From Eledone cirrhosa (Eukaryota): 64,000 bases of DNA. The DNA is taken from the NCBI GenBank assembly GCA_964016885.1, contig OZ024742.1:288548001-288612000 (forward strand), written 5' to 3'. Position 1 is the first letter of the stretch. Every line of letters starts with the position of its first letter. Position numbers and translations under genes: made by a program. This document shows, in pieces, positions 1 to 15,595 of the stretch. The notes below the pieces were generated by a model. That model ran no database searches and was not told the origin of the DNA. It was given only the letters and a program-made list of their open reading frames with translations.

Positions 1-1589
1 TGGTGTACCAACACTCACAGACACACACACACACACTATAGTAGGTGGTATACCAACAGTCACAGACACACACACACACTATAGTAGGTGGTGTACCAAC
101 AGTCACAGACACACACACACACTATAGTAGGTGGTGTACCAACAGTCACAGACACACATACACACTATAGTAGGTGGTGTACCAACAGTCACAGACACAC
201 ACACACACTATAGTAGGTGGTGTACCAACAGTCACAAATACACACACACACACTATAGTAGGTGGTGTACCAACAGTCACAGACACACACACACACACTA
301 TAGTAGGTGGTGTACCAACAGTCACAGACACACACACACACTATAGTAGGTGGTGTACCAACAGTCACAGACACACACATACACTATAGTAAGTGGTGTA
401 CCAACAGTCACAGACACACACACACACTATAGTAGGTGGTGTACCAACAGTCACAGACACACACATGAACTATAATAGGTGGTGTACCAACAGTCACAGA
501 CACACACACACACTATAGTAGGTGGTGTACCAACAGTCACAGACACACACATACACTATAGTAAGTGGTGTACCAACAGTCACAGATACACACACACACA
601 CTATAGTAGGTGGTGTACCAACAGTCACAGACACACACACACACACTATAGTAGGTGGTGTACCAACAGTCACAGACACACATACACTATAGTAAGTGGT
701 GTACCAACAGTCACAGATACACACACACACACTATAGTAGGTGGTGTACCAACAGTCACAGACACACACATACACTATAGTAGGTGGTGTACCAACAGTC
801 ACAGACACACACATACACTATAGTAGGTGGTGTACCAACAGTCACAGATACACACACACACACTATAGTAGGTGGTGTACCAACAGTCACAGATACACAC
901 ACACACTATAGTAAGTGGTGTACCAACAGTCACAGACACACACATACACTACAGTAGGTGGTGTACCAACAGTCACAGATACACACACACACACTATAGT
1001 AGGTGGTGTACCAACAGTCACAGATACACACACACACACTATAGTAGGTGGTGTACCAACAGTCACAGACACACACACACACACACACACTATAGTAGGT
1101 GGTGTACCAACAGTCACAGACACACACACACACTATAGTAGGTGGTGTACCAACAGTCACACATACACACACACACACTATAGTAGGTGGTGTACCAACA
1201 GTCACAGACACACACACACACTATAGTAGGTGGTGTACCAACAGTCACAGACACACACACACACTATAGTAGGTGGTGTACCAACAGTCACAGACACACA
1301 CACACACTATAGTAGGTGGTGTACCAACAGTCACAGACACACACACACACACTATAGTAGGTGGTGTACCAACAGTCACAGACACACACACACACACTAT
1401 AGTAGGTGGTGTACCAACAGTCACAGACACACACATACACTATAGTAAGTGGTGTACCAACAGTCACAGACACACACACAGACTATAGTAGGTGGTGTAC
1501 CAACAGTCACAGATACACACACACACACTATAGTAGGTGGTGTACCAACAGTCACAGACACACACACACACTATAGTAGGTGGTGTACC

Positions 1590-2545
1590 AACAGTCACAC
1601 ACACTACAGCAGGTGGTGTACTAAGACACAGACGCACTACAGTAGGTGGTGTACTAACACAGACGCACTACAGTAGGTGGTGTACTAACACACACACACA
1701 CTACAGTAGGTGGTGTACCAACACTCACACACACACGCAGACACTACAGTAGGTGGTGTACCAACACACAGACTAAAGTAGGTCCTGTACCAACATTCAC
1801 ACACACACTACAGTAGGTGGTGTACCAACAGTCACACACACACGCAGACACTACAGTAGGTGGTGTACCAACACACAGACTAAAGTAGGTCCTGTACCAA
1901 CATTCACACACACTCTACAGTAGGTGGTGTACCAACACACACACACTACAGTAGGTGGTGTACCAACACACACACACACACACACTACAGTAGGTGGTGT
2001 ACCAACAGTCACACACACACACACACACACACTATAGTAGGTGGTGTACCAACAGTCACACACACACACACACACTACAGTAGGTGGTGTACCAACAGTC
2101 ACACACACACACACACTATAGTAGGTGGTGTACCAACACACATACACACTTCAGTAGGTGATGTACCAACAGTCACATACACACTACAGTAGGTGATGTA
2201 CCAACACACACTATAGTAGGTGGTGTACCAACACACATACACACTACAGTAGGTGATGTACCAACAGTCACATACACACTACAGTAGGTGATGTACCAAC
2301 ACACACTATAGTAGGTGGTGTACCAACACATACACACTACAGTAGGTGATGTACCAACAGTCACATACACACTACAGTAGGTGATGTACCAACACACACT
2401 ATAGTAGGTGGTGTACCAACACATACACACTACAGTAGGTGATGTACCAACACACACACACACACACACTACAGTAGGTGGTGTACCAACAGTCACACAC
2501 ACTACAGTAGGTGGTGTACCAACAGGCACACACACACACTAGAGT
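1590..2545 (+). repeat. Divergent short-monomer island 1 (units down to 27 bp)
   Basis: Units carry TACAG instead of TATAG, plus GATGTACC, GTACTAA and CTAAAGTAGGTCCTGTACC (1773, 1880). They often lack the AGTCACAGA segment. Boundaries are approximate. Confidence 0.92.
2150..2450 (+). repeat. ~93-bp trimeric higher-order repeat (35+27+31 bp) inside island 1, ~3 copies
   Basis: Unit starts at 2185, 2212, 2245, 2280, 2307, 2338, 2373, 2400, 2431 give lengths 27,33,35,27,31,35,27,31. ORF 2173..2535 shows the matching 31-aa periodicity. Confidence 0.9.
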
Positions 2546-4225
2546 AGGTGGTGTACCAACAGTCACAGACACACACATACACTATAGTAGGTGGTGTACC
2601 AACAGTCACAGACACACACACACTATAATAGGTGGTGTACCAACAGTCACAGACACACACACACACAAACTATAGTAGGTGGTGTACCAACAGTCACAGA
2701 CACACACATACACTATAGTAGGTGGTGTACCAACAGTCACAGACACACACATACACTATAGTAGGTGGTGTACCAACAGTCACAGATACACACACACACA
2801 CACTATAGTAGGTGGTGTACCAACAGTCACAGACACACACACACTATAGTAGGTGGTGTACCAACAGTCACAGACACACACACACACACTATAGTAGGTG
2901 GTGTACCAACAGTCACAGACACACACACACACTATAGTAGGTGGTGTACCAACAGTCACAGATACACACACACACACTATAGTAGGTGGTGTACCAACAG
3001 TCACAGATACACACACACACACTATAGTAGGTGGTGTACCAACAGTCACAGATACACACACACACACTATAGTAAGTGGTGTACCAACAGTCACAGATAC
3101 ACACACACACACTATAGTAGGTGGTGTACCAACAGTCACAGATACACATACACACACTATAGTAGGTGGTGTACCAACAGTCACAGACACACACACACAC
3201 ACACTATAGTAGGTGGTGTACCAACAGTCACAGATACACACATACACTATAGTAGTTGGTGTACCAACAGTCACAGATACACACACACACACTATAGTAG
3301 GTGGTGTACCAACAGTCACAGACACACACATACACTATAGTAGGTGGTGTACCAACAGTCACAGACACACACATACACTATAGTAGGTGGTGTACCAACA
3401 GTCACAGATACACAGACACACACTATAGTAGGTGGTGTACCAACAGTCACAGACACACACACACACACACTATAGTAGGTGGTGTACCAACAGTCACAGA
3501 CACACACACACACTATAGTAGGTGGTGTAACAACAGTCACAGATACACACACACACACTATAGTAGGTGGTGTACCAACAGTCACAGATACACACACACA
3601 CACTATAGTAGGTGGTGTACCAACAGTCACAGATACACACACACAATAGTAGGTGGTGTACCAACAGTCACAGATACACATACACACACTATAGTAAGTG
3701 GTGTACCAACAATCACAGATACACACACACACACTATAGTAGGTGGTGTACCAACAGTCACAGATACACACACACACACACTATAGTAGGTGGTGTACCA
3801 ACAGTCACAGATACACACACACACACTATAATAAGTGGTGTACCAACAGTCACAGATACACACACACACACTATAGTAGGTGGTGTACCAACAGTCACAG
3901 ATACACACACACACACTATAGTAGGTGGTGTACCAACAGTCACAGACACACACACTATAGTAGGTGGTGTACCAACAGTCACAGACACACACATACATTA
4001 TAGTAGGTGGTGTACCAACAGTCACAGATACACACACACACACTGTAGTAGGTGGTGTACCAACAGTCACAGACACACACATACACTATAGTAGGTGGTG
4101 TACCAACAGTCACAGACACACACATACACTATAGTAGGTGGTGTACCAACAGTCACAGATACACACACACACACTATAGTAGGTGGTGTACCAACATTCA
4201 CAGACACACACATACACTATAGTAG

Positions 4226-5330
4226 GTGGTGTACCAACAGTCACAGACACACACATACACTATAGTAGGTGGTGTACCAACAGTCACAGACACACACATA
4301 CACTATAGTAGGTGGTGTACCAACAGTCACAGATACACACACACACACTATAGTAGGTGGTGTACCAACAGTCACAGACACACACACACTAGTAGCTGGT
4401 GTACCAACAGGCACACACACACACTAGAGTAGGTGGTGTACCAACAGTCACAGACACACGCACACACTACAGTAGGTGGTGTACCAACAGTCACAGACAC
4501 ACACACACACACTATAGTAGGTGGTGTACCAACAGTCACAGACACACCCACACACACTATAGTAGGTGGTGTACCAACAGTCACAGACACACACATACAC
4601 TATAGTAGGTGGTGTACCAACAGTCACAGACACACACACACACTATAGTAGATGGTGTACCAACAGTCACAGACACACACACACACTATAGTAGGTGGTG
4701 TACCAACAGTCACAGATACACACACACACACTATAGTAGGTGGTGTACCAACAGGCACAGATACACACACACACACTATAGTAGGTGGTGTACCAACAGT
4801 CACAGATACACACACACACACTATAGTAAGTGGTGTACCAACAGTCACAGATACACACACACACACTATAGTAGGTGGTGTACCAACAGTCACAGATACA
4901 CACATACACTATAGTAGGTGGTGTACCAACAGTCACAGACACACACATACCCTATAGTAGGTGGTGTACCAACAGTCACAGACACACACATACACTATAG
5001 TAGGTGGTGTACCAACAGTCACAGATACACACACACACACTATAGTAGGTGGTGTACCAACAGTCACAGACACACACACACTAGTAGCTGGTGTACCAAC
5101 AGGCACACACACACACTAGAGTAGGTGGTGTACCAACAGTCACAGACACACGCACACACTACAGTAGGTGGTGTACCAACAGTCACAGACACACACACAC
5201 ACACTATAGTAGGTGGTGTACCAACAGTCACAGACACACACACTATAGTAGGTGGTGTACCAACAGTCACAGACACACACATACACTATAGTAGGTGGTG
5301 TACCAACAGTCACAGACACACACACACGCT
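4226..5330 (+). repeat. ~690-bp (about 16-monomer) local duplication; also present at ~7080-8190 and ~9880-10990
   Basis: The marker CTAGTAGCTGGTGTACCAACAGGCAC...CTAGAG recurs. The corresponding ORFs start at 4399/5091 (692), 7250/7940 (690) and 10054/10744 (690). Confidence 0.9.
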
Positions 5331-5899
5331 ATAGTAGGTTGTGTACCAACAGTCACAGACACACACACACACACACTATAGTAGGTGGTGTACCAACAGT
5401 CACAGATACATACACACACACTATAGTAGGTGGTGTACCAACAGTCACAGATACACACACACACACACACTATAGTAGGTGGTGTACCAACAGTCACAGA
5501 TACACACACACACACTATAGTAAGTGGTGTACCAACAGTCACAGATACACACATACACTATAGTAGGTGGTGTACCAACAGTCACAGATACACACACACA
5601 CACACTATAGTAGGTGGTGTAACAACAGTCACAGATACACACATACACTATAGTAGGTGGTGTACCAACAGTCACAGACACACACACACACACACACTAT
5701 AGTAGGTGGTGTACCAACAGTCACAGACACACACACACACTATGGTAGGTGGTGTAACAACAGTCACAGATACACACACACACACTATAGTAGGTGGTGT
5801 ACCAACAGTCACAGATACACACACACAATAGTAGGTGGTGTACCAACAGTCACAGATACACACACACACACTATAGTAAGTGGTGTACCAACAGTCACA

Positions 5900-8800
5900 G
5901 ATACACACACACACACTATAGTAGGTGGTGTACCAACGGTCACAGACACACACATACACTATAGTAGGTGGTGTACCAACAGTCACAGACACACACACAC
6001 TACAGTAGGTGGTGTACCAACAGTCACAGACACACACACACACACTATAGTAGGTTGTGTACCAACAGTCACAGACACACACACACACACTATAGTAGGT
6101 GGTGTACCAACAGTCACAGACACACACATACACTATAATAGGTGGTGTACCAACAGTCACAGACACACACACACACACTATAGTAGGTGGTGTACCAACA
6201 GTCACAGACACACACACACTATAGTAGGTGGTGTACCAACAGTCACAGACACACACACACACACTATAGTAGGTGGTGTACCAACAGTCACAGACACACA
6301 CACACACTATAGTAGGTGGTGTACCAACAGTCACAGATACACACACACACACTATAGTAGGTGGTGTACCAACAGTCACAGATACACACACACACACTAT
6401 AGTAGGTGGTGTACCAACAGTAACAGATACACACACACACACACACTATAGTAAGTGGTGTACCAACAGTCACAGATACACACACACACACTATAGTAGG
6501 TGGTGTACCAACAGTCACAGATACACACACACACACTATAGTAGGTGGTGTACCAACAGTCACAGACACACACACACACACTATAGTAGGTGGTGTACCA
6601 ACAGTCACAGACACACACATACACTATAGTAGGTGGTGTACCAACAGTCACAGATACACACACACACACTATAGTAGGTGGTGTACCAACAGTCACAGAC
6701 ACACACATACACTATAGTAGGTGGTGTACCAACAGTCACAGACACACACAAACACTATAGTAGGTGGTGTACCAACAGTCACAGATACACACACACACAC
6801 ACTATAGTAGGTGGTGTACCAACAGTCACAGACACACACACACACTATAGTATGTGGTGTAACAACAGTCACAGATACACACACACACACACTATAGTAG
6901 GTGGTGTACCAACAGTCACAGATACACACACACACACTATAGTAGGTGGTGTACCAACAGTCACAGATACACACACACAATAGTAGGTGGTGTACCAACA
7001 GTCACAGATACACATACACACACTGTAGTAAGTGGTGTACCAACAGTCACAGATACACACACACACACTATAGTAGGTGGTGTACCAACAGTCACAGACA
7101 CACACATACACTATAGTAGGTGGTGTACCAACAGTCACAGACACACACATACACTATAGTAGGTGGTGTACCAACAGTCACAGATACACACACACACACT
7201 ATAGTAGGTGGTGTACCAACAGTCACAGACACACACACACTAGTAGCTGGTGTACCAACAGGCACACACACACACTAGAGTAGGTGGTGTACCAACAGTC
7301 ACAGACACACGCACACACTACAGTAGGTGGTGTACCAACAGTCACAGACACACACACATACACTATAGTAGGTGGTGTACCAACAGTCACAGACACACAC
7401 ACACACACTATAGTAGGTGGTGTACCAACAGTCACAGACACACACATACACTATAGTAGGTGGTGTACCAACAGTCACAGACACACACACACTATAGTAG
7501 ATGGTGTACCAACAGTCACAGACACACACACACACTATAGTAGGTGGTGTACCAACAGTCACAGATACACACACACACACTATAGTAGGTGGTGTACCAA
7601 CAGGCACAGATACACACACACACACTATAGTAGGTGGTGTACCAACAGTCACAGATACACACACACACACTATAGTAAGTGGTGTACCAACAGTCACAGA
7701 TACACACACACACACTATAGTAGGTGGTGTACCAACAGTCACAGATACACACATACACTATAGTAGGTGGTGTACCAACAGTCACAGACACACACATACA
7801 CTATAGTAGGTGGTGTACCAACAGTCACAGACACACACATACACTATAGTAGGTGGTGTACCAACAGTCACAGATACACACACACACACTATAGTAGGTG
7901 GTGTACCAACAGTCACAGACACACACACACTAGTAGCTGGTGTACCAACAGGCACACACACACACTAGAGTAGGTGGTGTACCAACAGTCACAGACACAC
8001 GCACACACTACAGTAGGTGGTGTACCAACAGTCACAGACACACACACACACACTATAGTAGGTGGTGTACCAACAGTCACAGACACACACACACACACTA
8101 TAGTAGGTGGTGTACCAACAGTCACAGACACACACATACACTATAGTAGGTGGTGTACCAACAGTCACAGACACACACACACACTATAGTAGGTGGTGTA
8201 CCAACAGTCACAGACACACACACACACTATAGTAGGTGGTGTACCAACAGTCACAGATACACACACACACACTATAGTAGGTGGTGTACCAACAGTCACA
8301 GATACACACACACACACTATAGTAGGTGGTGTACCAACAGTCACAGATACACACACACACACTATAGTAAGTGGTGTACCAACAGTCACAGATACACACA
8401 CACACACTATAGTAGGTGGTGTACCAACAGTCACAGATACACACACACACACTATAGTAGGTGGTGTACCAACAGTCACAGACACACACACACACTATGG
8501 TAGGTGGTGTAACAACAGTCACAGATACACACACACACACTATAGTAGGTGGTGTACCAACAGTCACAGACACACACACACACACTATAATAGGTTGTGT
8601 ACCAACAGTCACAGACACACACATACACTATAGTAGGTGGTGTACCAACAGTCACAGATACACACACACACACTATAGTAGGTGGTGTACCAACAGTCAC
8701 AGATACACACACACACACTATAGTAGGTGGTGTACCAACGGTCACAGACACACACATACACTATAGTAGGTGGTGTACCAACAGTCACAGACACACACAC

Positions 8801-11800
8801 ACACTACAGTAGGTGGTGTACCAACAGTCACAGACACACACACACACACTATAGTAGGTTGTGTACCAACAGTCACAGACACACACACACACACTATAGT
8901 AGGTGGTGTACCAACAGTCACAGACACACACATACACTATAGTAGGTGGTGTACCAACAGTCACAGACACACACACACACACTATAGTAGGTGGTGTACC
9001 AACAGTCACAGACACACACACACTGTAGTAGGTGGTGTACCAACAGTCACAGACACACACACACACACTATAGTAGGTGGTGTACCAACAGTCACAGACA
9101 CACACACACACTATAGTAAGTGGTGTACCAACAGTCACAGATACACACACACACACTATAGTAGGTGGTGTACCAACAGTCACAGATACACACACACACA
9201 CTATAGTAGGTGGTGTACCAACAGTAACAGATACACACACACACACACACTATAGTAAGTGGTGTACCAACAGTCACAGATACACACACACACACTATAG
9301 TAGGTGGTGTACCAACAGTCACAGATACACACACACACACTATAGTAGGTGGTGTACCAACAGTCACAGACACACACACACACACTATAGTAGGTGGTGT
9401 ACCAACAGTCACAGACACACACATACACTATAGTAGGTGGTGTACCAACAGTCACAGATACACACACACACACTATAGTAGGTGGTGTACCAACAGTCAC
9501 AGACACACACATACACTATAGTAGGTGGTGTACCAACAGTCACAGACACACACAAACACTATAGTAGGTGGTGTACCAACAGTCACAGATACACACACAC
9601 ACACACTATAGTAGGTGGTGTACCAACAGTCACAGACACACACACACACTATAGTATGTGGTGTAACAACAGTCACAGATACACACACACACACACTATA
9701 GTAGGTGGTGTACCAACAGTCACAGATACACACACACACACTATAGTAGGTGGTGTACCAACAGTCACAGATACACACACACAATAGTAGGTGGTGTACC
9801 AACAGTCACAGATACACATACACACACTGTAGTAAGTGGTGTACCAACAGTCACAGATACACACACACACACTATAGTAGGTGGTGTACCAACAGTCACA
9901 GACACACACATACACTATAGTAGGTGGTGTACCAACAGTCACAGACACACACATACACTATAGTAGGTGGTGTACCAACAGTCACAGATACACACACACA
10001 CACTATAGTAGGTGGTGTACCAACAGTCACAGACACACACACACTAGTAGCTGGTGTACCAACAGGCACACACACACACTAGAGTAGGTGGTGTACCAAC
10101 AGTCACAGACACACGCACACACTACAGTAGGTGGTGTACCAACAGTCACAGACACACACACATACACTATAGTAGGTGGTGTACCAACAGTCACAGACAC
10201 ACACACACACACTATAGTAGGTGGTGTACCAACAGTCACAGACACACACATACACTATAGTAGGTGGTGTACCAACAGTCACAGACACACACACACTATA
10301 GTAGATGGTGTACCAACAGTCACAGACACACACACACACTATAGTAGGTGGTGTACCAACAGTCACAGATACACACACACACACTATAGTAGGTGGTGTA
10401 CCAACAGGCACAGATACACACACACACACTATAGTAGGTGGTGTACCAACAGTCACAGATACACACACACACACTATAGTAAGTGGTGTACCAACAGTCA
10501 CAGATACACACACACACACTATAGTAGGTGGTGTACCAACAGTCACAGATACACACATACACTATAGTAGGTGGTGTACCAACAGTCACAGACACACACA
10601 TACACTATAGTAGGTGGTGTACCAACAGTCACAGACACACACATACACTATAGTAGGTGGTGTACCAACAGTCACAGATACACACACACACACTATAGTA
10701 GGTGGTGTACCAACAGTCACAGACACACACACACTAGTAGCTGGTGTACCAACAGGCACACACACACACTAGAGTAGGTGGTGTACCAACAGTCACAGAC
10801 ACACGCACACACTACAGTAGGTGGTGTACCAACAGTCACAGACACACACACACACACTATAGTAGGTGGTGTACCAACAGTCACAGACACACACACACAC
10901 ACTATAGTAGGTGGTGTACCAACAGTCACAGACACACACATACACTATAGTAGGTGGTGTACCAACAGTCACAGACACACACACACACTATAGTAGGTGG
11001 TGTACCAACAGTCACAGACACACACACACACTATAGTAGGTGGTGTACCAACAGTCACAGATACACACACACACACTATAGTAGGTGGTGTACCAACAGT
11101 CACAGATACACACACACACACTATAGTAGGTGGTGTACCAACAGTCACAGATACACACACACACACTATAGTAAGTGGTGTACCAACAGTCACAGATACA
11201 CACACACACACTATAGTAGGTGGTGTACCAACAGTCACAGATACACACACACACACTATAGTAGGTGGTGTACCAACAGTCACAGACACACACACACACT
11301 ATGGTAGGTGGTGTAACAACAGTCACAGATACACACACACACACTATAGTAGGTGGTGTACCAACAGTCACAGACACACACACACACACTATAATAGGTT
11401 GTGTACCAACAGTCACAGACACACACATACACTATAGTAGGTGGTGTACCAACAGTCACAGATACACACACACACACTATAGTAGGTGGTGTACCAACAG
11501 TCACAGATACACACACACACACTATAGTAGGTGGTGTACCAACGGTCACAGACACACACATACACTATAGTAGGTGGTGTACCAACAGTCACAGACACAC
11601 ACACACACTACAGTAGGTGGTGTACCAACAGTCACAGACACACACACACACACTATAGTAGGTTGTGTACCAACAGTCACAGACACACACACACACACTA
11701 TAGTAGGTGGTGTACCAACAGTCACAGACACACACATACACTATAGTAGGTGGTGTACCAACAGTCACAGACACACACACACACACTATAGTAGGTGGTG

Positions 11801-12215
11801 TACCAACAGTCACAGACACACACACACTGTAGTAGGTGGTGTACCAACAGTCACAGACACACACACACACACTATAGTAGGTGGTGTACCAACAGTCACA
11901 GACACACACACACACTATAGTAAGTGGTGTACCAACAGTCACAGATACACACACACACACTATAGTAGGTGGTGTACCAACAGTCACAGATACACACACA
12001 CACACTATAGTAGGTGGTGTACCAACAGTAACAGATACACACACACACACACACTATAGTAAGTGGTGTACCAACAGTCACAGATACACACACACACACT
12101 ATAGTAGGTGGTGTACCAACAGTCACAGATACACACACACACACTATAGTAGGTGGTGTACCAACAGTCACAGACACACACACACACACTATAGTAGGTG
12201 GTGTACCAACAGTCA
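5900..12215 (+). repeat. 2804-bp higher-order repeat, ~2.2 copies, near identical
   Basis: The rare variant CAGTAACAG has its A at 6422, 9226 and 12030 (exactly 2804 apart). Identical ORF pairs are offset by 2804 (6678/9482, 7284/10088, 8193/10997, 8770/11574). Confidence 0.93.
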
Positions 12216-14599
12216 CAGGCACACACATACACTATAGTAGGTGGTGTACCAACAGTCACAGACACACACACACTCTATAGTAGGTGGTGTACCAACAGTC
12301 ACAGATACACACACACACACTATAGTAGGTGGTGTACCAACAGTCACAGATACACACACACACACTATAGTAGGTGGTGTACCAACAGTCACAGATACAC
12401 ACACACACACTATAGTAAGTGGTGTACCAACAGTCACAGATACACACACACACACTATAGTAGGTGGTGTACCAACAGTCACAGACACACACACACACAC
12501 TATAGTAGGTGGTGTACCAACAGTCACAGACACACACATACACTATAGTAGGTGGTGTACCAACAGTCACAGATACACACACACACTATAGTAGGTGGTG
12601 TACCAACAGTCACAGACACACACACTATAGTAGGTGGTGTACCAACAGTCACAGACACACACACACGCTATAGTAGGTGGTGTACCAACATTCACAGATA
12701 CACACACACGCTATAGTAGGTGGTGTACCAACAGTCACAGACACACACACACTATAGTAAGTGGTGTACCAACAGTCACAGATACACACACACACACTAT
12801 AGTAGCTGGTGTACCAACAGTCACAGACACACACACACACACTATAGTAGGTGGTGTACCAACAGTCACAGACACACACATCCACTATAGTAAGTGGTGT
12901 AACAACAGTCACAGATACACACACACACACTATAGTAGGTGGTGTACCAACAGTCACAGACACACACATACACACTATAGTAGGTGGTGTACCAACAGTC
13001 ACAGATACACACACACACTATAGTAAGTGGTGTACCAACAGTCACAGACACACACACTATAGTAGGTGGTGTACCAACAGTCACAGACACACACATACAC
13101 TATTGTAGGTGGTGTACCAACAGTCACAGACACACACACACTATAGTAGGTGGTGTACCAACAGTCACAGACACACACACACACACTATAGTAGGTGGTG
13201 TACCAACAGTCACAGACACACATACACTATAGTAGGTGGTGTACCAACAGTCACAGATACACACACACACACACTATAGTAGGTGGTGTACCAACAGTCA
13301 CAGACACACACACACACTATAGTATGTGGTGTAACAACAGTCACAGATACACACACACACACTATAGTAGGTGGTGTACCAACAGTCACAGATACACACA
13401 CACACACTATAGTAGGTGGTGTACCAACAGTCACAGATACACACACACAATAGTAGGTGGTGTACCAACAGTCACAGATACACATACACACACTATAGTA
13501 AGTGGTGTACCAACAGTCACAGATACACACACACACACTATAGTAGGTGGTGTACCAACAGTCACAGACACACACATACACTATAGTAGGTGGTGTACCA
13601 ACAGTCATAGACACACACATACACTATAGTAGGTGGGGTACCAACAGTCACAGACACAACACATACACTATAGTAAGTGGTGTACCAACAGTCACAGATA
13701 CACACACACACTATAGTAGGTGGTGTACCAACAGTCACAGACACACACACACACACTATAGTAGGTGGTGTACCAACAGTCACAGATACACACACACACT
13801 ATAGTAGGTGGTGTACCAACAGTCACAGACACACACACACTATAGTAAGTGGTGTACCAACAGTCACAGATATACACACAATATAGTAGGTGGTGTACCA
13901 ACAGTCACAGATACACACACACACACTATAGTAGGTGGTGTACCAACAGTCACAGACACACACACACACTATAGTAGGTGGTGTACCAACAGCCACAGAC
14001 ACACACACACACACTATAGTAGGTGGTGTACCAACAGTCACAGACACACACACACACTATAGTAGGTGGTGTACCAACAGTCACAGGTACACACACACAC
14101 ACTATAGTAGGTGGTGTACCAACATTCACAGACACACACACACACTATAGTAGGTGGTGTACCAACAGTCACAGACACACACACACACTATAGTAGGTGG
14201 TGTACCAACAGTCACAGACACACACACACACACTATAGTAGGTGGTGTACCAACAGTCACAGATACACACACACACACACTATAGTAGGTGGTATACCAA
14301 CAGTCACAGACACACACACACTATAGTAGGTGGTGTACCAACAGTCACAGACACACACACACACACTATAGTAGGTGGTGTACCAACAGTCACAGACACA
14401 CACACTATAGTAGGTGGTGTACCAACAGTCACAGACACACACATACACTATAGTAAGTGGTGTACCAACAGTCACAGACACACACACAGACTATAGTAGG
14501 TGGTGTACCAACAGTCACAGATACACACACACACACTATAGTAGGTGGTGTACCAACAGTCACAGACACACACACACACTATAGTAGGTGGTGTACCAA

Positions 14600-15595
14600 C
14601 AGTTACACACACTACAGCAGGTGGTGTACTAACACACAGACGCACTACAGTAGGTGGTGTACTAACACACAGACGCACTACAGTAGGTGGTGTACTAACA
14701 CACACACACACTACAGTAGGTGGTGTACCAACAGTCACACACACACGCAGACACTACAGTAGGTGGTGTACCAACACACACACTAAAGTAGGTCCTGTAC
14801 CAACATTCACACACACACTACAGTAGGTGGTGTACCAACACACACTCTACAGTAGGTGGTGTACCAACACACACACATACACACTACAGTAGGTGGTGTA
14901 CCAACAGTCACACACACACACACTATAGTAGGTGGTGTACCAACAGTCACAGACACACACACACACTACAGTAGGTGGTGTACCAACAGTCACACACACA
15001 CACACACACTACAGTAGGTGGTGTACCAACAGTCACACACATACACACACACACTATAGTAGGTGGTGTACCAACAGTCACAGACACACACACACACACA
15101 CACACTATAGTAGGTGGTGTACCAACAGTCACACACAAACACACTATAGTAGCTGGTGTACCAACACACACACTAAAGTAGGTCCTGTACCAACATTCAC
15201 ACACACACTACAGTAGGTGGTGTACCAACACACACACACACACACACTACAGTAGGTGGTATACCAACACACATACACACTACAGTAGGTGATGTACCAA
15301 CAGTCACATACACACTACAGTAGGTGATGTACCAACACACACTATAGTAGGTGGTGTACCAACACATACACACTACAGTAGGTGATGTACCAACAGTCAC
15401 ATACACACTACAGTAGGTGATGTACCAACACACACTATAGTAGGTGGTGTACCAACACATACACACTACAGTAGGTGATGTACCAACACACACACACACA
15501 CACCCACACACACACTACAGTAGGTGGTGTACCAACAGTCACACACACTACAGTAGATGGTGTACCAACAGGCACACACACACACTAGAGTAGGT
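14600..15595 (+). repeat. Divergent short-monomer island 2
   Basis: Same diagnostic units as island 1: CTACAGCAGG, CAGACGCAC, CTAAAGTAGGTCCTG (14783, 15173), GATGTACC trimers and a terminal AACAGGCAC...CTAGAG. Confidence 0.92.

Noticed and set aside
5332-5344. TAGTAGGTTGTGT equals nt 6-18 of mature let-7b; the consensus core shares TAGTAGGT
   Set aside because: It occurs only in a rare variant, lacks the GAGGTAG seed and has no precursor hairpin. Best explained as chance.
6850-6861. Resemblance to budding-yeast telomere repeats (GTGGTGTAC in every unit; variant GTATGTGGTGTA as in Kluyveromyces lactis)
   Set aside because: The match is only 9-12 bp. Telomerase makes short arrays of uniform units, not a 64-kb array with slipping CA tracts and kb-scale duplications. 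GT-rich and CA-rich parts lie on the same strand here.
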